Positions 1-12,884 of a DNA stretch of 64,000 nt are shown one piece after another. The notes below the pieces were generated by a model, which saw only the letters and a program-made list of their open reading frames with translations, made no database searches and was not told the DNA's origin. This stretch comes from the human T2T-CHM13v2.0 reference genome, Homo sapiens. Both the position numbers and the translations under genes were made by a program. Numbering within the stretch: the first letter of the stretch is position 1; each line of letters starts with the position of its first letter. The stretch is from assembly GCF_009914755.1 (NCBI RefSeq), contig NC_060947.1; one strand, 5' to 3'.

Positions 1-1555
1 TTTCCTGTTTTGCAGGGGTTGGGGCACATATCTCGGAAGAGCTGAAGCCCCTGTCTTGCCCATGAATACCCTTATTGTATGCACAGGCACCAGCCCTGAC
101 CAGGGGGGCTGGGTGGAGCTCCTGGTGAAATGTGCTGAGGTCTCTGCAGGAGGGTGAGGGGGTTTCACTGGCTCCCCATCCTAGATAGACAGAAACATGG
201 GCTATTTCCCTATCCCATTCCTGTTCTGAGGTTCATGACTTCTAGATCAGATGCACACTGTAGTCTATCTTTGGACCACAGTGTGATTGAAAGCCTTGGG
301 AAAGGCTTGTTTTGTCACTCTCAAGGGAGTGGTGTTGGGGCAGAATTTTGTCACTCGGCCTGATACAGATAGCATTATGCCCCATCTGTTCTCTGATATC
401 TTAGCTCTGGTGCTTCATGTAAGAGGGAGGGCTCCAACTTTGGGCTTTTGCAAGTGGGTGTTGGTTGTGGTGGTATCTGCGGGTTGGGTCAGCCTGACCT
501 CAGGCCCTGGGGGAAGTGGAGAAGTGACAGCAGAGTTGGAATGGGGTAGGTACTTCCCTAGTTCCTAGGTCCCTAGATGGCACCCTTGCCACTGTTTACA
601 AATCCTGAAGAGGCTGAACCAGGGTCAGAATTGCCCAGTGTTCAGGTGCTGGGTGTGATGGGGAAGGGTGGGCTGGTCCCCAGGTCACTGGTAAAACTCT
701 CAGGCAGGTACAGGCATGATGCTTGTATGGTAGGAGCCTGAGGAAGTATCACAGCTGTGTGGGGGTAGGGTTTCCAGAAGGGCTCTAGGGTGCAGCTGAA
801 ATGCTCAGGCACGGGCAGGTGAGTGCACTATGTGCCAGAAGGCATCAGGCCCTGTTTGGCAGGAAGCAGTGGAAGTGAGGTGTGGGACCGGTGTAGAGCC
901 AGGCGAAGCTCCTTAATTTGGGGAAAGGGCTGCCTGGCTTTGCTCCTTTCTTTTTTTCCCATGGGTCCTATTGCTTCTGTGAAAGCAAAATATCTTGGGC
1001 CTCCCAAATTACTAAGCTAAAAGGAAAATTCAAGCTAGAAACTGCGCAGGGCAAACCTGTCTCCCACTCTATTCAAAGTCATCCCTCTGCTCACTGAGAT
1101 AGATGCATATTCTGATTGCCTCCTTTGGAAAGGCTTATTAGAAACTCAAAAGAATGCAACCATTTTCTCTTACCCACCTGTGACCTGGAAGCCCCTCCTT
1201 GCTTTGAGTTTGTCCTTGCCTTTCTGGGTGGAGCTAATGTGCTTCTTACACATATTAGTTCATGTCTCATATACTAAACCTAAAATCTGTAAAACCAAGC
1301 TGTGCCCTGACCACCTTGGGCACATGTCAGGACTTCCTGTGGCTGTGTCACGGGTGTGCATCCTCAACCCTGGCAAAATAAACTTTCTAAATTAACTGAG
1401 ACCTGTCTCAGATTTTCTGGGTTTACACTTCCTTGGTGAATCCCAACAGGATCTCTTAGATGATCCACTTGAAGAGCAGGTATTTACTCACCACTTTGTT
1501 TCCTCTCTGTGACAGTCACACACGCTAGCAGCTTCTAGTCAATTATCTTGAACTG
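1..1555 (-). mobile_element. Old L1 (L1PB/L1MA-type) 5' UTR, interrupted by a MER4A1 LTR
   Basis: 1500-1550 reverse-complements to an L1 5' terminus (caagataattgactagaagctgctagcgtgtg...); G-rich UTR-like sequence upstream; contiguous across the LTR TSD. Confidence 0.6.
978..1427 (+). mobile_element. Solo LTR, MER4A/MER4A1 (ERV1)
   Basis: Starts TGTGAAAGCAAAATATCTTGGG, ends TTTACA; AATAAA near 1377; perfect 4-bp TSD cttc (974-977 and 1428-1431). Confidence 0.9.
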
Positions 1556-1619
1556 GAACTGCTCTATACTTATACGTTGTTAATAGGTATAGAAAAATTT
1601 CTATTTAAAATGTGCACCA

Positions 1620-1819
1620 TGAGTTTCACTACTACCATGACAGTATGAGGAGTACTGCAAACTCACTGTACAGAAAACTGGTAAAAATTATTCTTTTTTA
1701 AAAATAAAACATTTAAGGTCTCTAGAATTGATCTTAAAGGTATACGGGAAAGGAAGAAACATTTATTTGAGAATATCTACTAAAACAGTAAGAACAGATA
1801 AAATCTGTGGTATTTGAGC
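1620..1819 (+). mobile_element. 5' end of an L1MC/L1MD-type element (continues at 10015)
   Basis: gaagaaacatttatttgagaatatctactaaa...ctgtggtatttgagc resembles old L1M 5' UTR; continues into ORF1 after the ERV. Confidence 0.5.
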
Positions 1820-1821
1820 TA

Positions 1822-1901
1822 TTAGGTTGGCTCAAAAGTAACTGCGGTTTTTGCTGTTACTTTCAATGGCAAAAACCGCAATTACTTTTGTGCCAATCTA
1901 A
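1822..1901. mobile_element. MADE1 MITE (Hsmar1-derived mariner), 80 bp
   Basis: ttaggttgg...ccaatctaa long inverted repeats, 80-bp length, TA target duplication (1820-1821 and 1902-1903). Confidence 0.95.
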
Positions 1902-2232
1902 TACATCTGTTAAAGTATGTAGTCAGACAAGAATAGGGTAGGAAAGAGCCCCCACCCTGCCCCCTACTCCTCCACCCCCCGACCCAAGAATGTTGGGCAT
2001 TTGTCAAGCCATGGTCAGGCAATTATAAATGTCCCTCTGAAATGATGAGCAGGACAAGGGAGGAACTCCAGAACTGTCTGGTTTCCATTGAGTGAAAAAG
2101 AGGTAGGCATAAAACTGTTCCTCTGAGATAATAAGTGGCCATGACTGGTGCCGGGAATGACAGGATTCTTGCAACAGACAGAAGACACCTGGAGTTAGCA
2201 AGTCATAATTCCTGATGAAGATTCAAGCATGA

Positions 2233-3328
2233 GGGCAATACCATTCAGGATATAGGCATGGGCAAGGACTTCATGTCTAAAACACCAAAAGCAATGGCAA
2301 CAAAAGCCAAAATTGACAAATGGGATCCAATTAAACTAAAGAGCTTCTGCACAGCAAAAGAAACTACCATCAGAGTGAACAGGCAACCTACAGAATGGGA
2401 GAAATTTTTTGCAATCTACTCATCTGACAAAGGGCTAATATCCAGAATCTACAAAGAACTCAAACAAACTTACAAGAAAAAAACAACCACATCAACAAGT
2501 GGGCAAAGGATATGAACAGACACTTCTCAAAAGAAGACATTTATGCAGCCAACAGACACATGAAAAAATACTCATCATCACTGATCATTAGAGAAATGCA
2601 AATCAAAACCACAATGAGATACCATCTCACAACAGTTAGAATGGCGATCATTAAAAAGTCAGGAAACAACAGGTGCTGGAGAGTATGTGGAGAAATAGGA
2701 ACACTTTTACACTGTTGGTGGGACTGTAAACTGGTTCAACCATTGTGGAAGACAGTGTGGCGATTCCTCAGGGATCTAGAACTAGAAATACCATTTGACC
2801 CAGCCATCCCATTACTGGGTATATACCCAAAGGATTATAAATCATGCTGCTATAAAGACACATGCACACGTATGTTTATTGCGGCACTATTCACTATAGC
2901 AAAGACTTGGAACCAACCCAAATGTCCAACAATGATAGACTGGATTAAGAAAATGTGGCACATATACACCATGGAATACTATGCAGCCATAAAAAAGTAT
3001 GAATTCATGTCCTTTGTAGGTACATGGATGAAGCTGGAAACCGTCATTCTCAGCAAACTATCACAAGGCCAAAAAATCAAGCACGGCATTTTCTCACTCA
3101 TAGGTGGGAATTGAACAATGAGAACATATGGACACAGGAAGGGGAACATTACACACCGGGGACTGTTGTGGGGTGGGGGGAGGGGGGAGGGATAGCATTA
3201 GGAGATATACTTAATGTAAATGACGAGTTAATGGGTGCAGCACACCAACATGGCACATGTATACATATGTAACAAACCTGCACGTTGTGCACATGTACCC
3301 TAGAACTTAAAGTATAATTAAAAAAAAA
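2233..3328 (+). mobile_element. 5'-truncated L1PA3/L1PA4 (ORF2 C-terminus, 3' UTR, poly-A)
   Basis: ORFs 2258-2515 and 2512-3114 translate to near-consensus ORF2 C-terminus ([19 protein letters not shown]) with one frameshift; G-rich 3' UTR and A tail. Confidence 0.95.
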
Positions 3329-3703
3329 GCAAGATGATGGGATTTGACCAGTACATGACCTTCCTCTGGGGACATTGGACCAGTAAGGGAGAATTGACCC
3401 AAATGAGCATGTGTATGAGTTCCGTAAACACACTGTGCATGCGGCCCCTCCCAAGTGCTGTCAGGGACACTGCACATGCAGTAATTAAGTGACAACTCAC
3501 CCAGGGGGAAGAACAGGGAAGAGACAGAGCCCAGGAAAAGATAGGGGGTATAAAAACTCTAAACAAAGAGGTGGATGAGGCATTTGATTTTTTTTTTACA
3601 AGTTTTGTGCTTGTCCCTCATCTAAGTGTACTCTGGTTTCTCAAGTAAACCCTCATTTTGCTTAAAATGAATTCTCCCTTCTACTTTAAACCTTGTCTGT
3701 GTC

Positions 3704-4229
3704 TGCTGAGACCAGCTCAGTCATGGAGACCCAACCCAGCGGCACTAGAGGAATTAAAGACACACACGAATTAAAGACACACACACAGCAATATAGAGTG
3801 TGGAGTGGGAAATCAGGGGACTCACAGCCTTCAGAGCTGAGAGCCCCGAACAGAGATTTACCCACGTATTTATTGACAGCAAGCCAGTGATAAGCATTAT
3901 TTCTATAGTTGATAGATTAACTAAAAGTATTGCTTACGGGAAACAAAGGGATGGGCTGAAACAAAGGGATGGGCTTTGGCTAGTTATCTGGAACAGGAAC
4001 ATGTCCTTAAGGCACAGATCGCTGGTGCTATTGTTTGTGGTTTAAGAATGCCTTTAAGCGGTTTTCTGCCCTGGGTGGGCCAGGTGTTCCTTGCCCTCAT
4101 TCCGGTAAACCCACAACCTTCAGCGTGGGCATCGTGGCCATCACAAACATGTCACAGTGCTGCAGAGATTTTGTTTGTGGCCAGTTTTGGGGCCAGTTTA
4201 TGGCCAGATTTGGGAGCCTATCTCCAGCA
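3704..4229 (-). mobile_element. Solo LTR MER9a (HERV-K9/HML-3)
   Basis: Minus strand starts TGCTGGAGATAGGCTCCCAAATCTGGCCATAAACTGGCCCCAAAACTGG, ends GGTCTCAGCA; 6-bp TSD tgtgtc/tgtgtg. Confidence 0.9.
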
Positions 4230-6494
4230 TGTGTGTTTCCTTTGAATTCTTTCCTTGGAAAAGAAAAAGGACAGAGATAGCTGCAGACTCACCTGCGGGT
4301 AACATACTGTTGTAACATACTGGGATATGCTATCTAGTGGTAAGATGCTGCAATGCCTCACCTTCTTTGGCTAGAAGCATTCAAACTCTTGTAGGTGGTC
4401 TCTCCTCCTTTCTCTTTTTTCCTTTTTGTCTCCCACTCATTTCTTTTCCTTCCTTTCCCCTTTTTCCTCCTTCTACTTGTTTCTTTTTTTTCACTTCACT
4501 TTTTCTTTCTCCTACTTACTAACTCTTCTGCAGGACAATTCCCCTTAGCTACAGCGGCTCTGCTCCCTCCAGCTGATTTCTCAGCTCATCTTGGAGGTGA
4601 TTCCCAGAGGTGGGTGGACTTTAGGCTCCAGACCCTGCAGACCTCAACTACTGTGCCTCTCCTGACAGGAGGCTTGCAAGGGTAGCAGGTTTAAGCCTGG
4701 GCTGTGCAATGTCTGGGGTACTTCCCTTTTCTCCTTCAACTAAAATCAGCTCTTTCCCGAAACCCACACCTGTGTCATCTATTCTCTTGTGCTCTTTTAT
4801 GTGTCCTCTGAAATGACCACGCACACTAACTGAACTATTTGCCTCAGGGGCAAGTCAGCCTCTTTTCCACTCTCACTTTGTGTGCCATGCGAGTTATTTT
4901 CCTACTTCAAACCTACACTCCTTGTTTGCCATTTGTGTGCTTGTGGCCTTTGCTGTGTCTTCCTGGCAGCCAAGAGGCAGACACCTTTACTGGTGTCCCT
5001 TGATATCTACACTTGCTTTTATCCCTCCAGTCTGGATGATCTCCAGCCTATCCCCTGCCTCTTGGCTCACTGTCAAAATAAGCACTTCTCAGAGCCCTGG
5101 CTCTATCAACTACTGATTACTTACTATCTTTACTTACCATTCTTTATCCCCAGCAAGCTCCAGGAATTAGTATTCTGCTGGTCCTTAAAGAGGTTTATCC
5201 ACTTTGACATAGCCTCCAATTGTGGTCCTTTAAGGACACCCCCTACCTCAATTCTGGGGGTAGTTCCTTTTTGGGAAAAGAGAACATTTTTCCTGCACCT
5301 AGTAAGACTCTTTATTCCAAACTCCCTGGTTCTCCAGAGGTTTCTCCTTTTTATCAAAAATGCGAACAAGCACTGCCCACTAGGGACCAGAGGCTGCTGT
5401 TTCTGTGAAAGCACAAGGGCTTTCCATGAATATCCACCAGGCTTCCTTACCTATCCACCTGTTAGACAGTGATTGCCCTGATTGTTTAAACACTTCTTTT
5501 TCATGTTGCTAACAGAGGATGGAATTTTCCTACCTTCTTCTGAACCTCTCCATGTCATTCTCAAAATGCAGAAAGATCTCCAAGCCTACATACAAAAAAA
5601 AAAAAAAAAAAGCCCAGCCTCTTTGGAGCTTGAAAGGGAATAGGACATCTACCTAAAAGGACCTGGGGAATGGAAGCATGAGAGGATGGGAAATCATCAT
5701 TTAATTGTTAAGATGCTCCAGATGGGGGTCACTGCAAGGTAAGGGAGGCAGGGATATACGCCCACCCATGGCTGCAGGTGCAAGATACCAAAGTACCCAT
5801 AGAAGAGAGGTGAAGGCTGGTCCCAGGCTACAGCACAGAACAGATTACCATTAAAACAGAGATGAAGAAAAGGTTTGTGGTACTCAGTAACACCAGTTTA
5901 TTCTGGGGCCCAAAGGATAAATAGAGGGCCCTTGTTCATTCCCATATCCCCTCTGTTCTGTAGTGGGTAATTGTGCCTCCATAAGATGATATGGCACCAA
6001 GATTAAGGGTACCTGGTGAGATGGGTTTATTCAAGAACTTCAAATACAAATGGGGGATGCTCTGTTCAGGAAAAGATAATAAGGATATAAGAGGGGCCAC
6101 CTACTTTTTCCTTTTTCTCCTCTATTCTCTCTTCACAGTTGGGTAATTGCATCTCCATACCACAGGACATACCCCTTGGATGCATCCTTAAGGAATTGAA
6201 AAATGTGATTCCCTAAAACCGTATAATAACAAGGAAAAACTAGCTTTAATTTGTAATACAGTTTGGCCTAAAATAAACTGGAAAAAATTACAAAAGCCAG
6301 CCTAAAACCCCAGACCCCCTATGTAGGAGATCCTCAAGTTAGCCTCTGCAGCCTTTTATAACCAAGAGCAAAATAAGAAGGATAAGGCTAAAGAGAAGGA
6401 AACCTGCAGGGACAAGAGGCAGGCTCAACTATTGGGTACTGTACAAGCCCTCTAGCCCTCTCCAGGTTGCCCTCAGGACATTCTGACAGAAAAC

Positions 6495-6620
6495 TTCCAT
6501 CTGTGCAAAAAGCAAGGCCACTGGAAAGTAAACTGCCCCAATGGGCTAAATGGGAAAAATCCCCACAAGGTCTGCTCCCTCTACCACAAACTTGACTACT
6601 GGAAAAAGGAATGTCTTGAG
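6495..6620 (+). pseudogene. gag: gag nucleocapsid zinc-knuckle remnants
   Basis: In-frame translation FHLCKKQGHWKVNCP-NGLNGKNPHKV-CSLYHKLDYWKKECL: two degenerate CCHC motifs. Confidence 0.8.
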
Positions 6621-6773
6621 AGCCAAAAGGGACCTTGGGCCAGATCCCAATCCAATAAGGGCCTTAAGCTGAAGGGGCCCTCTGCTCCAGCCAGCTCCCA
6701 AATCAGACACCATCATTTACAGGACAAAGCCAAGGGCAATTCTGGAGGTGGCAAATAAAATTATAAATTTCCA

Positions 6774-7070
6774 GGCTGGGCATGGTGGCTCAAGCCTGTA
6801 ATCCCAGCACTTTGGGATGCCAAGGCAGGAGGATCATTTGAGGTCAGGAGTTCCAGACCAGCCTGGCTAATGTGATGAAACCCCGTCTCTATTAAAAATA
6901 CAAAAAGTAGCCGGGCATGGTGGCATGCACCTGTAATTGCAGCTACTCAGGAGGCTAAGGCAAGAAAGTCGCTTGAACCGAGGAGGTGGAGGTTGCTGTG
7001 AGCCAAGATTGCACAATTGCACTCCAGCCTGGGCAACAGAGTGAGACTCTGTCTCAAAAAAAAAAAAAAA
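6774..7070 (+). mobile_element. AluS (Sx/Sz-like)
   Basis: Full dimer with A tail; TSD aaaattataaatttcc on both sides. Confidence 0.95.
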
Positions 7071-8759
7071 TTATAAATTTCCCTTTTGGGTTCAAGAGCT
7101 GCCTACTTTGCTAATCTCCAGCTCTAAGAAACTCTCCTCCAAATCCTGTTGGGTAATATGAGCAAATGGCAGCTGCTACCTCCAAAAGAAAATATTCTCA
7201 CCCCTTTATATTAGTTAAGGGACCAATTATTAATCTCTCACTATTCCCTGGTAATGCCTAAATGCCCCACACACCTTTGGGCAAAAATATATGTCCATGA
7301 TGGGTGCCTGATTAATATTCACCCAACCTCTAAATTTATCTTTCCCTCTAATATTGTTTTTCCTGGGAAAACTACATAAATCTTTAACCAATAACTTCAA
7401 CCTGGACAGTCCCACTTCAGGAGTTTAAAAATAGCCCACATGTATTCAAACAAACCCTAGCAAGAAATCTAACCAAGTAATCGCTTGAGGGGGGATAACA
7501 GTGTGTAGATAACCTCCTTATCTGCTCCCTGTTCAAAGGACTTGATTGGCAACATGTAGTACAAACCATAACTTCCTAACAGAAGGAAAATGACTTTTGT
7601 CTAATTCAAACTTTATGAAAGTAAAGAGGTAGTTTTAATAAGGAAGGTTATAAAGAAAAGAGATTTTTGTATAAGAAAAGATCTTGCATGGTAAATTCTT
7701 GTCCTAAAGTAAAATAACTGGTTGTTTAAAAAAGAAAGATGTTTAGGACAGGTTATAAAGTCCATGCATGTCGTAGATGGTCTATGTAATTCATAAAAAA
7801 TTTGTGAAAGGAAATTTATAAAAGGAATGTTGTATGTAATTAAGGCATAATTAGTCTCTTTAAAATTGGTTTCCTATGTTAAAAAAAGGTTGTCTTAAAG
7901 TATTAATCTGCTCTTAATAAAGTTACAAGATGTTTTAATTTTTATTTCATAAACCGTTTCTTTTAACGATTCCCCAGAATCATATATGGCCCGATGCTAA
8001 ATTGTTTTACCTAAAAAAGCAATGTTTTTATCCAATATAACTGAATTCTGTACTCTTGACTTTTGTTAATATGTCTACATTTTCAACGTAACCAAAAAAC
8101 TTCTCATGCTATTCCTAAGAGTCATGTATTCTGCTGTACTAATATTTTGAACATACTCTTGCTGTATCTAATTAAATTCAAACACTTTTCACCAAATTTA
8201 ACTTTCAGGTTATCTGATTGGGCTTTCCATAAGGAAAAACAGTCACACTGCAAAAGGTTTTTCTTTGCCTTTTCAGTAACTGACTTTTTAAAAACAAGAT
8301 TTTATATTCACTATGTTGTCTTTATAAGGTTTTTGGTTGTGAGAAAAACTTTAATGCCTTTTAGTTCACATGACTTTAATAATCTTTGGTAAATGAAAAC
8401 AATTTTAAAGGTTATTAGGTCTACAAAATTCTTTAAAGTCATAAACTGATACAGTGGCTCTTAATAACAGTACAACTTGCCTGCTTTAAAGCCATTAAAT
8501 TCTAGGCAAGACCTGAGAACATATGGAGTTAGCCATGCCCCCAGCTATGCTAAAAAGAAGTCAGATCTTTATTTTGTTTTGTCATCTCTACTTGTCTTAA
8601 AACCTGAGATGCATTCTATATTTGCAGCCAATAAGTTCACCAGGGCCTCCCCCCTAGCTAAACTGGAACTTGAACCATAGACTGTATATCCCCAGACATC
8701 TACATAGCCCATGGCAATCTCTTCTAGTATCAATCTAGGGGCATTCCATCTTGCCCAAG

Positions 8760-9124
8760 GTGAAGAGAGCTTGCGAAAGTTAAAGGAGAATATTAAAATA
8801 TAGAAAAACCTCCAAAAAGTAGAACCCTAAGGCTCTTTTCTAGTCCAGATCTTTAAAATATTTGCCAGTTGTATATGGCCATGGACAGCCTCAATCCTTC
8901 CTCCTATAGTTATGTTTATATTAATTTGCCATTTGACCCCATGCCTGCTTAACACCCTCACCCTTATCATTTCTTCTAAAATCCAGCAATTTCAGACCAA
9001 GCTTCTAATGCTACAGAGATATTCACCTCTATCCTTAGACAGGTACAAAAACATGCCTCTGTCTTCCCTGTATTTGGTTGGACACCACTTTTGCCAGCCT
9101 ATGAATGGAGTCACACTTCCCTAA
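8760..9124 (+). pseudogene. env: env transmembrane/cytoplasmic tail remnant
   Basis: ORF 8912-9124 (FILICHLTPCLLNTLTLIISSKIQQFQTKLLMLQRYSPL) matches the gamma-type TM C-terminal pattern, just upstream of the 3' LTR. Confidence 0.7.
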
Positions 9125-9246
9125 CAGCTAGCAAGATGCTGAGACCCATGGGATGATCCCCACCACTCTGTCACCAAGAAGTAGTTATGGAAAACAATCA
9201 TCCATTGCCCTAAAGAATTGGGTCCCAGATGTTTGAGGGAGGCCCA

Positions 9247-10014
9247 TGTAAGAGTAAGTAGTTAGGCATGAGCAGGACAGGACAGAAGCTCCCCACGTGA
9301 ATGTTAGGCCTTTGTCAAGCCGTGGTCAGGCAATTATAAATCTGTCCCTCTGAAATGATGAGCAGGACAAGGGAGGAACCCCAGAGCTGTCTGGTTCTCA
9401 TCAGCTTATTATGAGTTGTCTGACTCATAATAAGTAGCCATGACTGGCACTGGGAATGAGAGGAGTCTTGCAACAGATGGAGAACAACTGGAAATAGCTA
9501 GCCATAATTCCTGATAATGTTTCAAGCATGTGCAGTAAAAGAGGAAGGTGGTAGAATTTTATTACTACCTGACTCTCCTCTTGGGGCACTTAACCAGTAA
9601 GGAACAATTGTCCCTAATGAGCATGTACATGACTTCAGTAAGCACACTGTGCATATGGCCCCTCCCAAGTGCTGGCAGGCCATTGTCATGTGACAATTAA
9701 GCAACAGACCACCCAAAGAAAGAACAAAGGGAGCAGACAGAGCATGGGAAAAGATAGGGGGTATAAAAACTCTAAACAAAGAAGCAAACAAGGTACTTGA
9801 TTTTTTAAGTCACCCACTTGTCCCTCATCTAAGTGCACTCTGCTTTCTCTAATAAACTCTTACTTTGCTTGAAGTAAATTATCCCTCCTGATTGAAACTT
9901 TGCCTGTGTCTCTTGTCTGAATTATTTTCTTCAAGAAGAAAATGGACTGGGATTGCTGCAGAGTTGCCAATCCAGAGCTCCTCCAGATAGCTGCAGACCC
10001 ACCTGCTAGTTACA
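9247..10014 (+). mobile_element. 3' LTR of the MER4-group provirus
   Basis: TGTAAGAGTAAGTAGTTAGGC...GTTACA; TATAAAAA 9762-9769, AATAAA 9851-9856; homologous to 1908-4304. Confidence 0.9.
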
Positions 10015-12775
10015 GATTCATCAACTCCTTTCTACTTCCCAGCTCACCAAGAGAAAATCTCCATTTCAGTCTACTGCAGGCAAAAGCACAGTGATCTCTC
10101 TGCTAGAGGGCTGTCTTCCTGGGAGGAACAGGATGTTAGCATTTCTCATCCTTACTCTAGATACCTGTTGTTGAGTCTACATTCTAGACAACTGCAGGAA
10201 AGTGGTGGGTGTTTTAACTTAGCTTAGATATGTGGGACAGGAATTGTACTTCAGGTGTGGGGCTGCAGAGAATACTAGGCCCCTAACTGCCTTATCCTTG
10301 GCTCATATAGTAGAGGTTCTATGTGGGGAGAAGCAAGTCAAGATAAACTGAAGCTATCCCACTTCCTTGAATGAGCTTCACCTCTTAAACAGAGATAAGC
10401 ATGCTATCATACCCAACTTCATGTCCAGATCTGTGACTCCAAAGTTTTTCCTGGGAAAGAAACAGGCTATAAAATAGGAAACTCTGGGTCACTTCCCCAA
10501 AAAAACAGACTTCATTTGCAGAAAGGTGTGGAGAATTTCAAGCCTAATGGTCTCAAAAACAATGGAGGTTATGGTAAAAAATAAGATTCATTGGGTATGT
10601 ATGCTAAACTGTAAGGGGCTAGTTTTTCAGAAAGAACCAAGAAAAGAGATAGCTAAGGAGAGCCTTTCTGAATCAGAACAAATCTCAAAAACTGACCTTG
10701 AAAACCGTCTCTTAAAAGAAAAAAAAAACATGATTCATTTTTATCATCTATGAAGCAATTTATGTCCCAAAGCATTGATTAAAAAAAAATAAAAGAATCA
10801 GCTGGCATTTTATGGAGTTTAATAGGTCAGTATGGTCAGTGAAAAACACAAAGAGAGGTCTTCCAATCCCATTGTCTTTTCAGGATGACTATGGGCATGT
10901 CCAAAGCAGGATCCTCTGAGGAGCATCATTGTAGCCTTCAGCTTATGTGGGGATGAAGAGAATTCATCAAAATAATCCTGCCAGTTACTAAACAGATTAA
11001 CAAACCAATAAAGATAACACACTCTGGAGTGGGGACACCAAGACTCAGAGTTGCTAGAATATATTACCTCATATTTCCACTTCCTGAGAAATAAGTTATG
11101 AGGCATGTAAAGAAACAGAAATATATGATGCATGCACTGGAAAGAATGCAAGCAACAGAAACTGCCTATGAAAATGGGTGAATATCATATTTGACAGACT
11201 TCAATGTATACGTGATTTTAAAAGTACTTCAATGTATGATGACAATATTTCATCAAACAATATCATAAAGGGGAGAAAATTATATATAAAATAATACAAA
11301 TTATGGATTTTAAAAATAAAATAACCAATAAATTATTTATTAAAAGGAATAAAGGGTAGATATAAGCTGACATAAAAATAATTCACAGATTTAAAGGTAA
11401 ATTAATAGAGATAATGCAATGAAAATAACAGGGTAAACAAGAATGAACAATTCACGAAAATGAGCAGAGACTCCCAGAAATGTGGGACAGCATTAAATAG
11501 TCCAACATACACATATTGCGAATACCAAAAAAAAGGAAAAAAAAAAGAGAAGAAAAGTCATTCCAAAAATTAATGACCAAAAATTTCTGAAATTTATTGA
11601 AAAGCTTTAATCTACATAAACAGGAATCTCAACAAACTCCAAGTAGGATAAATACCAAAAAATCCACAAATCAACACATTATGGTAAAAATGCTGAAAGC
11701 CAAAGACAAAATCTGTAAAGCATCAGAGAACAATAACTCATTACTTACAAGAAATCCCCAAAAAGATGAAAAGCGCTGGCTTTTTATAAGGAACGATGAA
11801 GAGCAGAAGGCAGTGGGATCACATATGCAGAGTCTAAAAAAAAGCCTATTGAACAAGAACCCTATATCCAAAAAATTATCCTTTAAGAATGAAAGCAAAA
11901 GGAATTTAAAAATGCATAAAACAAAAACTAACCCAAGTAAAGGGAGAATTAGCCATTTCTCCCCATAATAGATGGATATTTTAATACCCGACATTCAATA
12001 ATGAATAGAACAACTAGGCAGATGACAAACAAGGAAACAATACTTGAACAACATGATAAACCAAATGGAACTAACAGACATTTATCGAACACTTAAAAAC
12101 AGAAGAATACACATCTTTCTCAAGGGCACACAGGACATTCTTAGAATAGGCCTTATGATAAGTCATTAAATAAGCTTCCATAAATTTTAATGGATTAAAT
12201 TAATATAAAAAAGTTCTATGACCACAATTGAATGAAATTTAAAAATCTATAAAAGAAGAAGTTTTGAAAGCTCTCTTATATGGAAATTAAACAACACACT
12301 TTGAAATAACAAACAGGTAAAAGAAGAAATTGAAAACAAAATTATAAAATACTTAGATATGTAAAAAATTGAAGGTATAACATAATACTTATTGTACATG
12401 GTTAAAGCAGTATTTAAAGGGAAATTTATAATAGTAAATTCTTATCTTAAAATAAACACAAAGCTCTCAAATTAGTCACCTAACTTTCCACATTATGACA
12501 CTAGAAAAAGAAAATAAAATATAAATCAAGCAGAAGTAATAAAAAATAAAAGTTAAAGCAGAAATGAAAAAAGAGAATGCAAAATTAGATAAAAATCAAA
12601 GAATTCAATAGCTAGTTTATTTAAAAAGTTAAATAAATTGGGAAGCTAATAAATATATAGATGAAGAAGAAAGAAAATTACTAGATTCCAAAACAAAAGA
12701 GAGGATATTACTACTGACTTTAGAGAATAAAAGACTAAAGAGGAATGCTATGAACAAATATGTGAAAATAATCTG
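10015..12775 (+). mobile_element. Old L1M (MC/MD-type) 5' UTR, ORF1 and ORF2 endonuclease remnants
   Basis: ORF 11597-11968 (QESQQTPSRINTKKST..HIMVKMLKAKDK) is L1 ORF1; EN-like sequence at 11930-12400. Confidence 0.8.
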
Positions 12776-12884
12776 TAATATTATGTTTACCATAATTTTT
12801 ATTTCTTGGTGTTGTAAAACTATAAGATCTGATTTTCAAAGAGAAGCAAACATATTTATATTTTAAAAATTCCAAAATACTGTT

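Larger units (their letters stand above)
1908..4304 (+). mobile_element. 5' LTR of a MER4-group ERV1 provirus (MER50/MER73/MER87-related), split by L1PA and MER9
   Basis: Starts TGTTAAAGTATGTAGTCAGAC, ends GGTAACA; colinear with 9247-10014 once the two insertions are removed; TATAAAAA at 3549-3556. Confidence 0.85.
4305..9246 (+). mobile_element. Internal region of non-autonomous MER4-group ERV1 with decayed gag/pro and env remnants
   Basis: Lies between paired LTRs; gag knuckles, AT-rich MER4I-like block at 7600-8500, env TM tail, purine tract (ttgagggagg) before the 3' LTR. Confidence 0.85.

Noticed and set aside
2512-3114. 200-aa ORF as a host gene
   Set aside because: It is the C-terminus of L1 ORF2 in a 5'-truncated, frameshifted copy.
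3168-3192. G-quadruplex motif
   Set aside because: Standard feature of L1PA 3' UTRs; not locus-specific.
3997-4154. p53 response element in MER9
   Set aside because: Only isolated half-sites (gaacatgtcc, aaacatgtca) far apart; no full tandem site.
4882-5472. 196-aa ORF in the ERV leader
   Set aside because: Non-ATG start, no recognisable domain; consistent with a chance open frame in ERV internal sequence.
5594-5611. Poly-A run as a retrocopy tail
   Set aside because: No TSD or upstream retroposed body; simple homopolymer expansion.
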